A stretch of DNA of 64,000 nt from an uncultured Collinsella sp. (GCA_900545145.1 UQYE01000003.1:1702-65701); one strand, 5' to 3'; counted from the first letter of the stretch, positions 47,648 to 58,160 are shown. Translations and numbers: made by a program. Notes: generated by a model not told the origin, from the sequence alone.

Positions 47648-48862
47648 TTATGCGCTTACTTCAGCAGCGCTCGCCACTGTTTCGGACGAATCGGCTTCGT
47701 CTTCTGCCGCCCACCCCTTCGCCGGCACCACGCCAAAGCAGTAGCTCAGCGCCGCAGACACCGCAAATGCCACACCGCCGGCAACACAGCACCACAGCAG
47801 GTTCGAGATGCCGCCCGTGGCAAAGCCAATGACCATGAGGACATTCGTCATGCCGATGGTATAGGCCGTAACGTGGCCCACGGCTGCAACAAGGCCTCCG
47901 ACGGCGCCGCCAATGGCCATGCACGTCAGGCACCTGCCATATTTAAAGCCGCAACCGTACAGCGCCGGCTCGCTTACACCGCCAAGAACACCCGAGATTG
48001 AATAGCCCAGCATGAGCGCCTTCTCGTCCTTATCCGCAACGCGGAGCGACGCGCCAAAGGGCATGCCCCAAACGGCGAACGTTGCCATCGTCGCGGCGAT
48101 CAGGATGCACGAATCCGTTCCCACACTCATAAACTGCGCATAGGCGAGCGATAGGACAACGTTGCTGATGCCCGCAATCTTAAGGAACTCCCAACCCGCG
48201 GCAAGCCCCATGAGCGTGAGCAGCGACACGACGCCACCGGAATTGCCAAGCATAAACATAAGCTGGCCCAGCAGCATGCCCAGATAGCTGCCCGCCGGCG
48301 CCGTGATACACAGCGAAACCGGAACCATGACAAGCATGGTCGCAAACGGAACGAACGAAAACGCCACGGCCTTGGGGATAATGCGCTGAAAGAAACACTC
48401 CACTCGCCACAGCACGGGCACCGAGATGAGAACCGGAATAACAGTCGTCGTGTAATCGTTGACCGGCGCGGGAACCAGACCATACACATAAGTCATCGAT
48501 GCCCCCGCCGTCGATGCGGCATCGACAAGCTTAAGCAGATCGGGTGCAATCAATACGCCGCCCAGCATCATACCCAGCTGCTCCGAGCAACCGAGCTGGC
48601 GGGCGGCCGCCCAACCAAGATAAATGGGCAAAAAGTAGTAGCCGGCGTTGTAGAGCCAACTGTAGAACAGGCGATAGATTTCGGAATCGGCAGGCCATAG
48701 ACCAAGCATGCCTTCGCCCATAATGACGGCAACGGTGCGGAACAGCGCCGCGCAGACAATAAACGGCAACGCCGACATCATGCTTTTGGACAGATAGTCC
48801 ACCACGGCCATGGCGTTTGATGAAACCGTCGTTGTAAACGAGGTGTTAGAAACTTGTGACAT
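47648..48862 (-). CDS. Stand-alone PTS EIIC component (beta-glucoside/sucrose type)
   Basis: YYFLPIYLG, YTTTVIP, GVSEPALYG; no EIIB or EIIA domain; RBS GAAAGG. Confidence 0.85.
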   Translation of the reverse strand: MSQVSNTSFTTTVSSNAMAVVDYLSKSMMSALPFIVCAALFRTVAVIMGEGMLGLWPADSEIYRLFYSWLYNAGYYFLPIYLGWAAARQLGCSEQLGMMLGGVLIAPDLLKLVDAASTAGASMTYVYGLVPAPVNDYTTTVIPVLISVPVLWRVECFFQRIIPKAVAFSFVPFATMLVMVPVSLCITAPAGSYLGMLLGQLMFMLGNSGGVVSLLTLMGLAAGWEFLKIAGISNVVLSLAYAQFMSVGTDSCILIAATMATFAVWGMPFGASLRVADKDEKALMLGYSISGVLGGVSEPALYGCGFKYGRCLTCMAIGGAVGGLVAAVGHVTAYTIGMTNVLMVIGFATGGISNLLWCCVAGGVAFAVSAALSYCFGVVPAKGWAAEDEADSSETVASAAEVSA

Positions 48863-48902
48863 GGAACGCCTTTCCCAATGTGACATGCAGACTTTTCCTT
48901 TG

Positions 48903-50627
48903 TCACATCGTGCGGTACTGACCGATTGCGCGGTACTTTTCGTAGCGGAGGTTTGTGAGGGTCGCGTCGTCGAGCTGCCCAAGCGTATCGAAGGCATCAA
49001 ATGCCGAGGACATGACGACACCGGCGATCTCCTCATGCGACAGGCCCCTATCGTCAACAATGCCGTCGATGATGCCGAGCGCCAACAGATCGGGGGCCGT
49101 GAGCTTAAGCGCCTCAGCGGCCTCATTCGCGCGCTCGGTATCCTTCCACAGGATCGACGCACAGGCCTCGGGGCTCACGACCGAATAGGCCGAGCTCGAG
49201 AGCATCAGGATGCGGTCGGCCACGGACAGCGCCAGCGCGCCACCAGAGCCGCCCTCGCCTGTCACCACCGAGACAATCGGCGTCTTAAGGCCGCTCATCT
49301 CCATGAGATTCTGGGCAATCGCCTCGCCCTGGCCGCGCTCCTCGGCACCGATGCCGCAAAACGCGCCCGAAGTATCAACCAGGCACAGAACCGGCCGACC
49401 AAATTTCTCGGCTTGGTGCATCAGGCGACGTGCCTTGCGGTAGCCCTCGGGATGTGCCATACCAAAGTTGCGACGCATGCGCTCTTTGGTCGTGGTACCG
49501 CGCTCGATGGCGATAACCGTCACGGGTCGCCCGTCTTTCCAGCCGATGCCGCCCACCACGGCAGCATCGTCGCCAAAGTAGCGGTCGCCGTGCAGCTCTA
49601 CGAATCCGTCGAGACCCAACGAGATCATCTCGCCTGCCGTGGCGCGGTTCGCCGAGCGAGTCTGTTTGACGATTTCGAGCGCGCTTTTTGGTGCGGCCGA
49701 GCGCTTAAACAAGTGTCCCAGCTTTTTGTCGCGACGACCCGTATGCACGATCTCATGCGGTGCCCCCAGGCCGGGCGCGTGCCCTTCGTGCAGCGCCAGC
49801 AGCTCGCCTACCGTGAGCGCAATCTCACCACGCGGAACAACGGCATCGCAAAAGCCGTGCTCCAGCAAAAACTCGGAACGCTGAAATCCCTTGGGCAGAC
49901 GCTTGTGCATGTTCTGCTCGATCACGCGCGGGCCGGCAAATGCCGTCAGGGCATCGGGCTCGGCCAGGATAATGTCGCCCTCCATGGCAAAGCTCGCGGT
50001 TACACCTCCGGTCGTGGGATCGGTGAGCACCGTGATATACAGGCCGCCCGCCTCGCTGTGGCGCCTAACCGCCGCAGAAATCTTGGCCATCTGCATGAGC
50101 GAGGTCACGCCCTCCTGCATGCGGGCGCCGCCCGATACGGTAAAGCCAACGACCGGCAGCCCCAACTCGGCCGCGCGCTCAAAGACACGACAGATCTTCT
50201 CGCCCACCACGGAGCCCATTGAGCCCATCATAAAGTTGGCGTCCATAAAGAAGAGCGCGGTATCGCAGCCGCAGATTTTGCCCCTGCCGCACACAACGGC
50301 ATCGCGCTCGCCCGAACGCTTGTTCACGCTCTTAAGCTTGTCGGCATAACCGGGAAACGAGAGGAAGTCCTCCGACGCCAGATTAGCATCCCATTCCTCA
50401 AACGTGCCCTCGTCGACCGTCATGCGCATGCGCGCGCGACCGCTCACGCGAAAGTGTTTGCCGCAACGAGGGCAGACCTCGAGGTTGTCGTGCAGGCGCG
50501 CCTCATCGATCACACGGCGGCACTCCGGGCACTTGATAAACACGTGGCGCGCGGGAAACTCGGCGCACGACTCGGTCATCGGCCCCTCGAGGACGTTGAC
50601 CGTCTTCGCTTTTCTATTCATCAGCAT
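48903..50627 (-). CDS. accDA: Fused acetyl-CoA carboxylase carboxyltransferase beta+alpha
   Basis: CPEC..CPRC, GSMGSVVGEK, SGGARMQEG, DPTTGGV, then LHGDR, PEGYRKA, GEGGSGGAL. Confidence 0.95.
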   Translation of the reverse strand: MLMNRKAKTVNVLEGPMTESCAEFPARHVFIKCPECRRVIDEARLHDNLEVCPRCGKHFRVSGRARMRMTVDEGTFEEWDANLASEDFLSFPGYADKLKSVNKRSGERDAVVCGRGKICGCDTALFFMDANFMMGSMGSVVGEKICRVFERAAELGLPVVGFTVSGGARMQEGVTSLMQMAKISAAVRRHSEAGGLYITVLTDPTTGGVTASFAMEGDIILAEPDALTAFAGPRVIEQNMHKRLPKGFQRSEFLLEHGFCDAVVPRGEIALTVGELLALHEGHAPGLGAPHEIVHTGRRDKKLGHLFKRSAAPKSALEIVKQTRSANRATAGEMISLGLDGFVELHGDRYFGDDAAVVGGIGWKDGRPVTVIAIERGTTTKERMRRNFGMAHPEGYRKARRLMHQAEKFGRPVLCLVDTSGAFCGIGAEERGQGEAIAQNLMEMSGLKTPIVSVVTGEGGSGGALALSVADRILMLSSSAYSVVSPEACASILWKDTERANEAAEALKLTAPDLLALGIIDGIVDDRGLSHEEIAGVVMSSAFDAFDTLGQLDDATLTNLRYEKYRAIGQYRTM

Positions 50628-51957
50628 AGAGATGCCCCATCAGATCGGTGTGGTACATGCCCGACAAGAACTCGTCGTTTGCCAGCACGTCGAGCTGAAG
50701 CTCGCTGTTTTCGCTCACGCCCTCAATCACGAGCTCGCCCAGGGCCGAGCGCATCTTGCGAATGGCACCGTCACGCGTGGGCGCGCACACGATGAGCTTG
50801 CCGAGCATGGAGTCGTAGTACGGCGGAACTTTCGCTCCGGTAAACATGGCGGAATCCCAGCGCACGCGCGGACCACCCGGCACACGCAACGCGGTGACCG
50901 TTCCACATGACGGTAGATAGTCCGGCGTTTCGGCATTGATGCGGCACTCCATGGCGTGGTTGCGGACCGGTACGTCCTCCTGCTCAAAGGGCAGAGGCTG
51001 GCCGGCAGCCACGCGCAGCTGCCACTTAACCAGGTCGGTATCGGTCACAAACTCCGTAACCGGATGCTCCACCTGCAAGCGCGTGTTCATTTCCATAAAG
51101 TAGAAATTGCCGTCATCTGAGTACAAAAACTCGATGGTGCCAGCGCCCTCATAGCCAACGGCACGAGCCAGGTCGCGCGCGGCCTTGTGCATGCGCGCGC
51201 GAATATCATCGCGTCCGTCGAGGCACGGCGCGGGGCTCTCCTCGACCAGCTTTTGGTTGCGGCGCTGCACCGAGCACTCGCGCTCGCCGAGCGAAAACAC
51301 ATGGCCCTGCTTATCGGCCATAATCTGTACCTCAACGTGATGCGCCGGCGCAACGAACTTCTCCATGTAGCACTCGCCGTCGCCAAAAACGGCCTCACCC
51401 TCGGCACGCGCCTCGATGAACGCCTTTGCCGCATCTTCCACGCGCTCGACCTTGCGAATACCGCGACCGCCGCCGCCCGCGCGCGCCTTAATAAGCACGG
51501 GGCAGCCGATGCGCTCGGCCTCGGCCGTCGCCTCCTCGGGGCTTTTGAGCAAATCGCAGCCCGGCACGATGGGCACGCCCGCAGCAGCGGCCGTTCGGCG
51601 TGCGGCGTCCTTGTCGCCCATGCTGTCGATCACCTCGGCCGAAGGACCGACAAACGCCAGACCGAACTTGTCGCAGTCGCGCACGAAGCTCGCCTTCTCA
51701 GAAAAGAAGCCATAGCCGGGATGAATTGCCTTAGCTCCCGACTTTACGGCACAGGTGAGCACGGCATCGTCGTTGAGGTAGCTCTCGGCAAGACGCGGGC
51801 CGCCGATGCAATACGCCTCGTCGGCAAGCTGCACGTGTAGCGCGTCCGCATCGGTCGTGGAATAAACGGCGACGGTCTTGATGCCCATATCGCGGCACGC
51901 GCGGATAACACGGACCGCGACTTCGCCGCGGTTGGCGATGAGCACTTTGTCGAACAT
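50614..51957 (-). CDS. accC: Biotin carboxylase
   Basis: KVLIANRGE, HPGYGF, GGGGRG, EMNTRLQVEHPVTE. Confidence 0.97.
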   Translation of the reverse strand: MFDKVLIANRGEVAVRVIRACRDMGIKTVAVYSTTDADALHVQLADEAYCIGGPRLAESYLNDDAVLTCAVKSGAKAIHPGYGFFSEKASFVRDCDKFGLAFVGPSAEVIDSMGDKDAARRTAAAAGVPIVPGCDLLKSPEEATAEAERIGCPVLIKARAGGGGRGIRKVERVEDAAKAFIEARAEGEAVFGDGECYMEKFVAPAHHVEVQIMADKQGHVFSLGERECSVQRRNQKLVEESPAPCLDGRDDIRARMHKAARDLARAVGYEGAGTIEFLYSDDGNFYFMEMNTRLQVEHPVTEFVTDTDLVKWQLRVAAGQPLPFEQEDVPVRNHAMECRINAETPDYLPSCGTVTALRVPGGPRVRWDSAMFTGAKVPPYYDSMLGKLIVCAPTRDGAIRKMRSALGELVIEGVSENSELQLDVLANDEFLSGMYHTDLMGHLYADE

Positions 51958-51967
51958 GGAGCCTTCC

Positions 51968-52399
51968 TTAACTTTCGTGCATGAGTGCAAAAGACATATC
52001 GGCGCGGCAGCAAACCTCACCGTTGACGCTCGCAGTACCCGTCGCAAAGCGGAACGGCCCGCGCGCACGCGTGATGGAGCACACTAGATCCACCGTGTCG
52101 CCCGGGCGCACCGGACGCTTAAAGCGCACCTTGTCCAGACTCGTGTAGAACGGCGTCGCGCCGCGCGCCTCCTCATCGCCCATCAGCAGCACGCAGCAGT
52201 TCTGGGCGAGCATCTCGCACTGAATCACGCCGGGAACGACCGGGTTTCCCGGAAAATGTCCCTGCAAAAAGTACTCGTCGCCTGTAATCGTGATCTTGCC
52301 GTGGGCCTCGTCGCCCACCAGCTCGGCTTCGTCGAGCAAAAGCATCGGCTCGCGATGCGGCAACAGCTTCTTGAGCTCTTCTTTGTTCATGGATATCAC
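51968..52399 (-). CDS. fabZ: 3-hydroxyacyl-ACP dehydratase
   Basis: LPHREPMLLLD, GHFPGNPVVPGV, FKRPVRPGD. Confidence 0.95.
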   Translation of the reverse strand: MISMNKEELKKLLPHREPMLLLDEAELVGDEAHGKITITGDEYFLQGHFPGNPVVPGVIQCEMLAQNCCVLLMGDEEARGATPFYTSLDKVRFKRPVRPGDTVDLVCSITRARGPFRFATGTASVNGEVCCRADMSFALMHES

Positions 52400-52873
52400 C
52401 TATCCGATCCTCATGAGGCAGCTGCCAAACTCCACGAGGTCGCCGTCGGCCACGCAGATCTCGAGCACCTCACCGTCTGCCTCGGCCGTCACCTCGTTGA
52501 GAACCTTCATGGCCTCGATGATGCAGAGGGTCTCACCGGCCTTGACCTTGGAGCCCACGTGCACAAACGGCTCGTCGCCCGGCGCCGGGGCAGCATAGAA
52601 AACGCCGACCATGGGAGCGGTCACCTCGGTGCCCTTGGGCTCCGGTGCGGCGGCAGGCGCCTGCGCGGCGGGCTCCGGTGCGGCAGGCGCGACTGTGGGA
52701 GCTGCAACTTGAGCGGCCACGGCACCCGGCATAGGCATGGGCACGGCAACCGGCTGCGCCACACTCGCGCGCTCGAGTTCGACCGCGGTGCCATCGGGCT
52801 CCTCAACGCGTACGCGCGTGAGGCCGCGGTCCTCCATCACATCGGCTATCTCGGCAAGTCTTTTGGAATCCAT
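52400..52873 (-). CDS. accB: Biotin carboxyl carrier protein
   Basis: APMVGVFY, IEAMKV. Confidence 0.96.
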   Translation of the reverse strand: MDSKRLAEIADVMEDRGLTRVRVEEPDGTAVELERASVAQPVAVPMPMPGAVAAQVAAPTVAPAAPEPAAQAPAAAPEPKGTEVTAPMVGVFYAAPAPGDEPFVHVGSKVKAGETLCIIEAMKVLNEVTAEADGEVLEICVADGDLVEFGSCLMRIG

Positions 52874-52876
52874 GCT

Positions 52877-54127
52877 CTAGCTCCTCGTATATCTACGCAG
52901 CGCGATGGCGGCGTTGTGCCCGCCAAAGCCTAGGTTGGTCGAAAGCGCCCAGGTAAGGTCGGCGCGAACCGCGCGATTGGGCGTGTAATCAAGATCGCAG
53001 GCGGAATCGGGCGTGTGGTAGTTAATGGTCGGCGGCACCACGCCCTGCTCGAGTGCCATGGCGCAGGCCATGACCTCAATGGCCCCCGTGGCACCGATCA
53101 TGTGCCCCGTCATCGACTTGGTCGACGAGACATGCGCGGCGCGTGCCGCGTCCTCGCCAAGCGCTCGCTTAATGCCCGCCGTCTCGGACGAATCATTAAG
53201 CTTGGTCGAGGTGCCGTGGGCATTGATGTAGAGGCCCTCGGAAGGCTTGACGTCGCCCTCGGCCACCGCCAGCGATATCGCGCGGGCAATGCCGGCAGCC
53301 TCGGGATCGGGACTCGTGATGTGATAAGCATCATCGGTGTTGCCGTAGCCCACGACCTCGGCATAAATGTGCGCACCGCGCGCCTGCGCATGTTCCATGC
53401 TCTCGAGTACCAGCACGCAAGCGCCCTCGCCCATCACAAAGCCGTCGCGGTCTGCATCGAACGGGCGGCAAGCCGTCGCAGGATCGGGGTTGGTGGTCAA
53501 TGCGCGGCAGGACGTAAAGCCTGCAACGGCATCGGGGATAATGGCCGCCTCGGCGCCGCCCGCGAGGATCGCGTCGGCATAGCCGTGCTTGATGGCGCGG
53601 AACGCCTCGCCCACCGCATGGGCCGAGGTCGCGCAAGCAGTCACGACTGGCAGGGTCGGTCCCTTTGCCTTGTGGCGGATCGCGATATTGCCCGAAGCCA
53701 TGTTGGGGATCATCATCGCAATCATATAGGGCGATGCGCGGCGAGGTCCACGATCGGCGATCGTGTGGACGTTGTCGACGAGCGTCGTCATGCCGCCCAC
53801 GCCCGAGCCCACGTAGACGCCCAGGCGCTCACGATCGATGGCGCCTTCGACATCAAAGCCCGCATCGTGCATTGCCTCGTCCGAAGCCGCCATCGCAAAC
53901 TGAACGCAGGGGTCGAGATGCTTGGCGTCACGCTTGCCAAAGTACTCGTTGCCGTCAAAGCCCTTGACTTCGGCCGCCACCTTGACGGTAAACGCATCGG
54001 TATCGAAGTGCGTGATCGGGCCGATGCCACAGGTCCCGGCGCACATGGCCGCCCAGGTGGCAAGCGCGGTGTTGCCGAGCGGCGATACGGCACCGATGCC
54101 GGTGATTGCAACTCTCTGTTCCATCAT
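52877..54127 (-). CDS. fabF: Beta-ketoacyl-ACP synthase II
   Basis: TACATS, RPFDADRDGFVMGEG, NAHGTST, KSMTGHM, GFGGHN. Confidence 0.96.
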   Translation of the reverse strand: MMEQRVAITGIGAVSPLGNTALATWAAMCAGTCGIGPITHFDTDAFTVKVAAEVKGFDGNEYFGKRDAKHLDPCVQFAMAASDEAMHDAGFDVEGAIDRERLGVYVGSGVGGMTTLVDNVHTIADRGPRRASPYMIAMMIPNMASGNIAIRHKAKGPTLPVVTACATSAHAVGEAFRAIKHGYADAILAGGAEAAIIPDAVAGFTSCRALTTNPDPATACRPFDADRDGFVMGEGACVLVLESMEHAQARGAHIYAEVVGYGNTDDAYHITSPDPEAAGIARAISLAVAEGDVKPSEGLYINAHGTSTKLNDSSETAGIKRALGEDAARAAHVSSTKSMTGHMIGATGAIEVMACAMALEQGVVPPTINYHTPDSACDLDYTPNRAVRADLTWALSTNLGFGGHNAAIALRRYTRS

Positions 54128-54163
54128 GGTCTCCTCATCCAAGCCGTTCTTCGGCCCTGGTTT

Positions 54164-54937
54164 CTACATCGCCATTCCGCCGTCGACGCGCACGACCTCG
54201 CCCGTAATGTAAGCAGCCGCATCGCTCGCTAAAAAGCGCACCACGCCGGCCACTTCCTCGGGACGTGCCATGCGCTTAAGGGGAATCTGTTCCTCGGTTG
54301 CCGTACGCACCTTCTCCGAGAGCTTTGCCGTCATATCTGTCTCGACAAACCCGGGGGCGACCGCGTTCGCTCGTACGCCACGAGGCGCAAGCTCGCGCGC
54401 CACCGCCTTGGTAAGCCCTATCACGCCCGCCTTGGAAGCAGCGTAGTTGGCTTGCCCGGCATTGCCCATCAGGCCCACGACCGAGCTCATGTTGACGACG
54501 CAACCGCCGCGCTGGCGCATAAAGGTCTTGGTGAGCGCGCGCGTCATATTGAATGTTCCCTTGAGATTGACATCGAGCACGCGATCGAATGCGTCATCGC
54601 CCATGCGCATGAGCAGGCCATCGCGGGTGATGCCGGCATTGTTGACGAGCGCCCAAATGGAACCAAAGTCGTTGAGGACCGCTTCCACACACGCGTTGAC
54701 GGCAGCGGGATCGGCCACGTCGCATTGATATGCGCGTGCCGTGGCGCCAACCGCCTCACAGGCTTCGCACGTCTCGCGCGCCGCATCGACGCTGCCGGCA
54801 TAGACGACGGCGATATCAAAGCCGTCCTCCGCCAGACCGACAGCGCAGGCGCGGCCGATACCCCGCGAGCCGCCCGTGACCAGTGCCACGCGACGTGAGT
54901 CGTTGCGCTCGAGCGCGCCGTTGTTCAAGTTGCCCAT
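54164..54937 (-). CDS. fabG: 3-oxoacyl-ACP reductase
   Basis: TGGSRGIG, NNAGITRD, YAASK. Confidence 0.96.
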   Translation of the reverse strand: MGNLNNGALERNDSRRVALVTGGSRGIGRACAVGLAEDGFDIAVVYAGSVDAARETCEACEAVGATARAYQCDVADPAAVNACVEAVLNDFGSIWALVNNAGITRDGLLMRMGDDAFDRVLDVNLKGTFNMTRALTKTFMRQRGGCVVNMSSVVGLMGNAGQANYAASKAGVIGLTKAVARELAPRGVRANAVAPGFVETDMTAKLSEKVRTATEEQIPLKRMARPEEVAGVVRFLASDAAAYITGEVVRVDGGMAM

Positions 54938-54967
54938 GTCATTCCTTTCGGGTTACAGCCCTGTGGA

Positions 54968-55900
54968 CTATGCGAGCTCGTCGGCAATAGCTGCGACCTG
55001 CTCGGCCGTTTCGCACGAATACACGCGAACGTCGCTCAGCGTACGCTTGGCCAGGCCCGACAGCGTTTTGCCAGGGCCGACCTCAATAAACGTGTCGATG
55101 CCCTGATTCTGCAGAGCATGCAGCGTGTCGACCCAACGAACGGCATGACTCACCTGATTGGCCAAGACATCCGATGCCGCTCGCGGGTCCGCCGGATAGG
55201 GCGCCGCCGTCATGTTTGCCATGACCGGAATCAGCAGCGGTGACGGCGCGTGGCCGGCTTGGATATACGTCGCCAGCCCCTCAGTCGCCTCGGCCATATA
55301 GGGGCTATGAAATGCGCCCGACACCGCGACTTTCATAGCGCGGCCGCCAGCCTCTTTTACTAGGACGTCGAGCTCCTGCAGCGCCTCGGGCGGTCCGGCA
55401 ACAACCGTCTGCTGCGGACTGTTGTAGTTGACCGGCCAGCAGTCCTCGCCGGCCTGTTTTGCCAGGTTCTCGACTTGCGCCGCATCGAGCTTGATGACGG
55501 CGCGCATGCCGCCCGGATGGCGCTCGGCAGCCGCGGCCATCAGCGCCGCGCGCTCGCACACGAGCTCAAAGCCCGCTCGCGTATCGAACGCCCCCGCAAA
55601 GGTGAGCGCGGCGACCTCGCCAAGCGAAAAACCCGCACAGGCGGCAGGTACCACGCCGCGCTCACGCAGGGCGGCAGCCGCTGCCAGATCGTGAACGAAC
55701 ACGCACGGCTGCGTGTTCTCGGTCTGCGAGAGCTCCTCCTTGGAGGCGCTTCGGCACTGCTCACTGGTCCCCGGGCGCACCTCGTCGGCAATGGCGAACA
55801 CCTCGGCGGCGGCCGGCGATGCCTCGATCAGGTCGACGCCCATCGCGGGGTGCTGGGCGCCCTGGCCGGCAAACAGAAACGCTACGCCACCCATGCGCAC
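54968..55900 (-). CDS. fabD: Malonyl-CoA:ACP transacylase
   Basis: FAGQGAQ, GFSLGE, SGAFHS, EVGPG. Confidence 0.95.
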   Translation of the reverse strand: MRMGGVAFLFAGQGAQHPAMGVDLIEASPAAAEVFAIADEVRPGTSEQCRSASKEELSQTENTQPCVFVHDLAAAAALRERGVVPAACAGFSLGEVAALTFAGAFDTRAGFELVCERAALMAAAAERHPGGMRAVIKLDAAQVENLAKQAGEDCWPVNYNSPQQTVVAGPPEALQELDVLVKEAGGRAMKVAVSGAFHSPYMAEATEGLATYIQAGHAPSPLLIPVMANMTAAPYPADPRAASDVLANQVSHAVRWVDTLHALQNQGIDTFIEVGPGKTLSGLAKRTLSDVRVYSCETAEQVAAIADELA

Positions 55901-56826
55901 GCACCCTTCAGGACGTGCTCGGCGCCATCGACCAGGTCGTCAACGATTTCACGTGCACTTTGGCGCTCGTTGACCATGCCGGCAATCTGTCCACACAAAA
56001 ACGAGCCCTCTTCGTAATTGCCGTCCTTGGCGGCCTTGCGAAGGGCGCCCGTGCCCATGGCCCCGAGCTCCTCGACGCTTACGCCCGCCGCCTCGCTCTT
56101 GGCGTAGGCGTTGGTGAAGGGGCTCTTGAGGGCACGCACCGGGTGTCCCGTCGAGCGGCCGGTCGCACGCGTCGAGGTGTCGTTGGCCTTCAGGACCATC
56201 TCCTTGTACTGCTCCGATACGGTGCACTCATCTGCGATCAGAAAGCGCGTACCCACCTGCACGCCGGCGGCGCCCAGCATAAAGGCGGCCGCCACGCCGC
56301 GGCCATCGGCGATACCGCCAGCCGCAACCACGGGAATATCGACCGCATCGACAACCTGCGGCACCAGTGCCATCGTCGAGGTCTCGCCAATATGGCCGCC
56401 TGATTCGGTACCCTCGGCAACCACGGCAGTGGCTCCACGACGCGCCACGAGGCGCGCCAGCGCCACCGAGGCAACGACCGGGATGACCTTGATGCCCGCC
56501 TCGTTCCACGCCTTCATGTACTTGGTGGGATTGCCGGCACCCGTCACGACGACCGGCACCCGCTCGTCAATCACGACCCGCGCGACCTCGTCGGCAAACG
56601 GGCTCATGAGCATGACGTTGACGCCAAAGGGCTTATCCGTCCTGGCGCGCAGCTCATGAATCTGGTCGCGCAGCCAGTTGGCGTCGGCGTTCATGGCCGC
56701 GATAATCCCTAAGCCGCCCGCCTCGGACACTGCGGACGCCAGCGAGGCGTCGGCGATCCAGGCCATACCGCCCTGGAACACGGGCTTTTCGATGCCGAGC
56801 AGATCGCAGAGAGGAGTCTTGAGCAT
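55882..56826 (-). CDS. fabK: Enoyl-ACP reductase II
   Basis: QGGMAW, AEGTESGGHIG, AAGGIADGRG, GQIAG. Confidence 0.95.
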   Translation of the reverse strand: MLKTPLCDLLGIEKPVFQGGMAWIADASLASAVSEAGGLGIIAAMNADANWLRDQIHELRARTDKPFGVNVMLMSPFADEVARVVIDERVPVVVTGAGNPTKYMKAWNEAGIKVIPVVASVALARLVARRGATAVVAEGTESGGHIGETSTMALVPQVVDAVDIPVVAAGGIADGRGVAAAFMLGAAGVQVGTRFLIADECTVSEQYKEMVLKANDTSTRATGRSTGHPVRALKSPFTNAYAKSEAAGVSVEELGAMGTGALRKAAKDGNYEEGSFLCGQIAGMVNERQSAREIVDDLVDGAEHVLKGACAWVA

Positions 56827-56828
56827 CT

Positions 56829-57065
56829 CTACTTCTCCAATGCCGCCTCGACCGTATCGGCGAACTCGCCGACCGTCTTGGGGTTCTCCTCGGTATCGAG
56901 CTGGATGCCAAACTCGTCCTCAACGGCGACGAGGATCTCGACGGTGCCCAGACTGTCGAGACCAATCTCCTCGAGCGTGGACTCGGGCTTCATCTCGACG
57001 TCGTCAAGACCGGCGGTCTCGCGGATAACATCGCAAACGCGCTCGAAGGTCTTCTGATCTGCCAT
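56829..57065 (-). CDS. acpP: Acyl carrier protein
   Basis: GLDSL..VE...EDEFGI. Confidence 0.95.
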   Translation of the reverse strand: MADQKTFERVCDVIRETAGLDDVEMKPESTLEEIGLDSLGTVEILVAVEDEFGIQLDTEENPKTVGEFADTVEAALEK

Positions 57066-57117
57066 GGTAGTTCTCCTTTGTTTGTGCCCTAGGGGCGTTT
57101 TTATTTCCTATGTGCAA

Positions 57118-58077
57118 CTACTTCCAACGAAGTAGATAGCCACCTATATCCAGACCGGCGCCAAATCCAACGAGGGTGATGGTGTCGCCCGTGTGAAGTG
57201 CACCGGCGTTTGCCAGCCGGTCGAGGGCAAGCGGAATGCATGCGCTCGAAATGTTGCCGGTCTCGCGCAGCGTTCGAACCACGCGCTTGTCTGGCACACC
57301 GAGGCGCTTGACCGCCTGACTCAGGATTCGTTCGTTAGCCTGATGGAATACAAAATGGTCGATGTCCTCGACCGAAATGCCCGCATCGCTCGCAAGCTTA
57401 TGGACCGTGTCGCAAATCGCGTTGACGCCGAACTTGAACACGCGGCGGCCATTCATGGACAGCACGCTCTCGCTATCTGCGGAGGCCTTAAACGGCGAGG
57501 TGCCGACCAGACCGGGAACGCACAACGTCTCGACGTCGGGCGCCGTCGAAAGCTCAACGGCAAGGGGGCTGTCTCCCCCAGCCTCAATCACCGCGGCGCC
57601 TGCCCCATCGCCAAAGAGCACACAGGTGGCGCGGTCGGTCCAGTCGAGCGCGCGCGTCATCTGCTCGGCGGCAACGACAAGCACATGCTTGGCTCGTCCT
57701 CGGGCGATATAGCCCTCGGCAACATCGAGCGCAAATACGAAGCCGGCGCAGGCAGCCGAGACATCGAAGGCAGGGCACGTCGCGCCCAGTCGCTCAGCAA
57801 CGGCACACGCCTCGGCGGGAACAAGGTGGTCACCCGTCGTCGTCGAGCAGACGATCAGATCCAACTGGCTCGCGTCGATTCCGGACACCTGAAGTGCCCG
57901 CTCGCTCGCCGCTACGGCAAGGTCGTCAAGTGACTCGGTGGTGCAGACGTGGCGACTCTTAATACCTGTGCGGGTAAAAATCCACTCATCCGAGGTATCG
58001 AGGAACTCGGACAGCTCGTCATTGGAAACACTGCGCTTAGGAAGCGCCGAGCCTGTTCCAAGAATCGTGAAACCCAT
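57118..58077 (-). CDS. fabH: Beta-ketoacyl-ACP synthase III
   Basis: DTSDEWI..RTGI, AACAGF, FGDGAGA, HQAN, GNISSA. Confidence 0.96.
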   Translation of the reverse strand: MGFTILGTGSALPKRSVSNDELSEFLDTSDEWIFTRTGIKSRHVCTTESLDDLAVAASERALQVSGIDASQLDLIVCSTTTGDHLVPAEACAVAERLGATCPAFDVSAACAGFVFALDVAEGYIARGRAKHVLVVAAEQMTRALDWTDRATCVLFGDGAGAAVIEAGGDSPLAVELSTAPDVETLCVPGLVGTSPFKASADSESVLSMNGRRVFKFGVNAICDTVHKLASDAGISVEDIDHFVFHQANERILSQAVKRLGVPDKRVVRTLRETGNISSACIPLALDRLANAGALHTGDTITLVGFGAGLDIGGYLLRWK

Positions 58078-58093
58078 CACTAACCTCCTTTGA

Positions 58094-58160
58094 GTTGTTA
58101 ACGTGTTTACATCGACCAAGAGAGGATAGCGCATTTCAGTCGTTGTTAACGTGTTAACAT
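58094..58160. promoter_or_regulatory. Two copies of a palindromic operator between fabH and birA
   Basis: GTTGTTAACGTGTTTACAT (58094-58112) and GTTGTTAACGTGTTAACAT (58142-58160). Confidence 0.7.
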
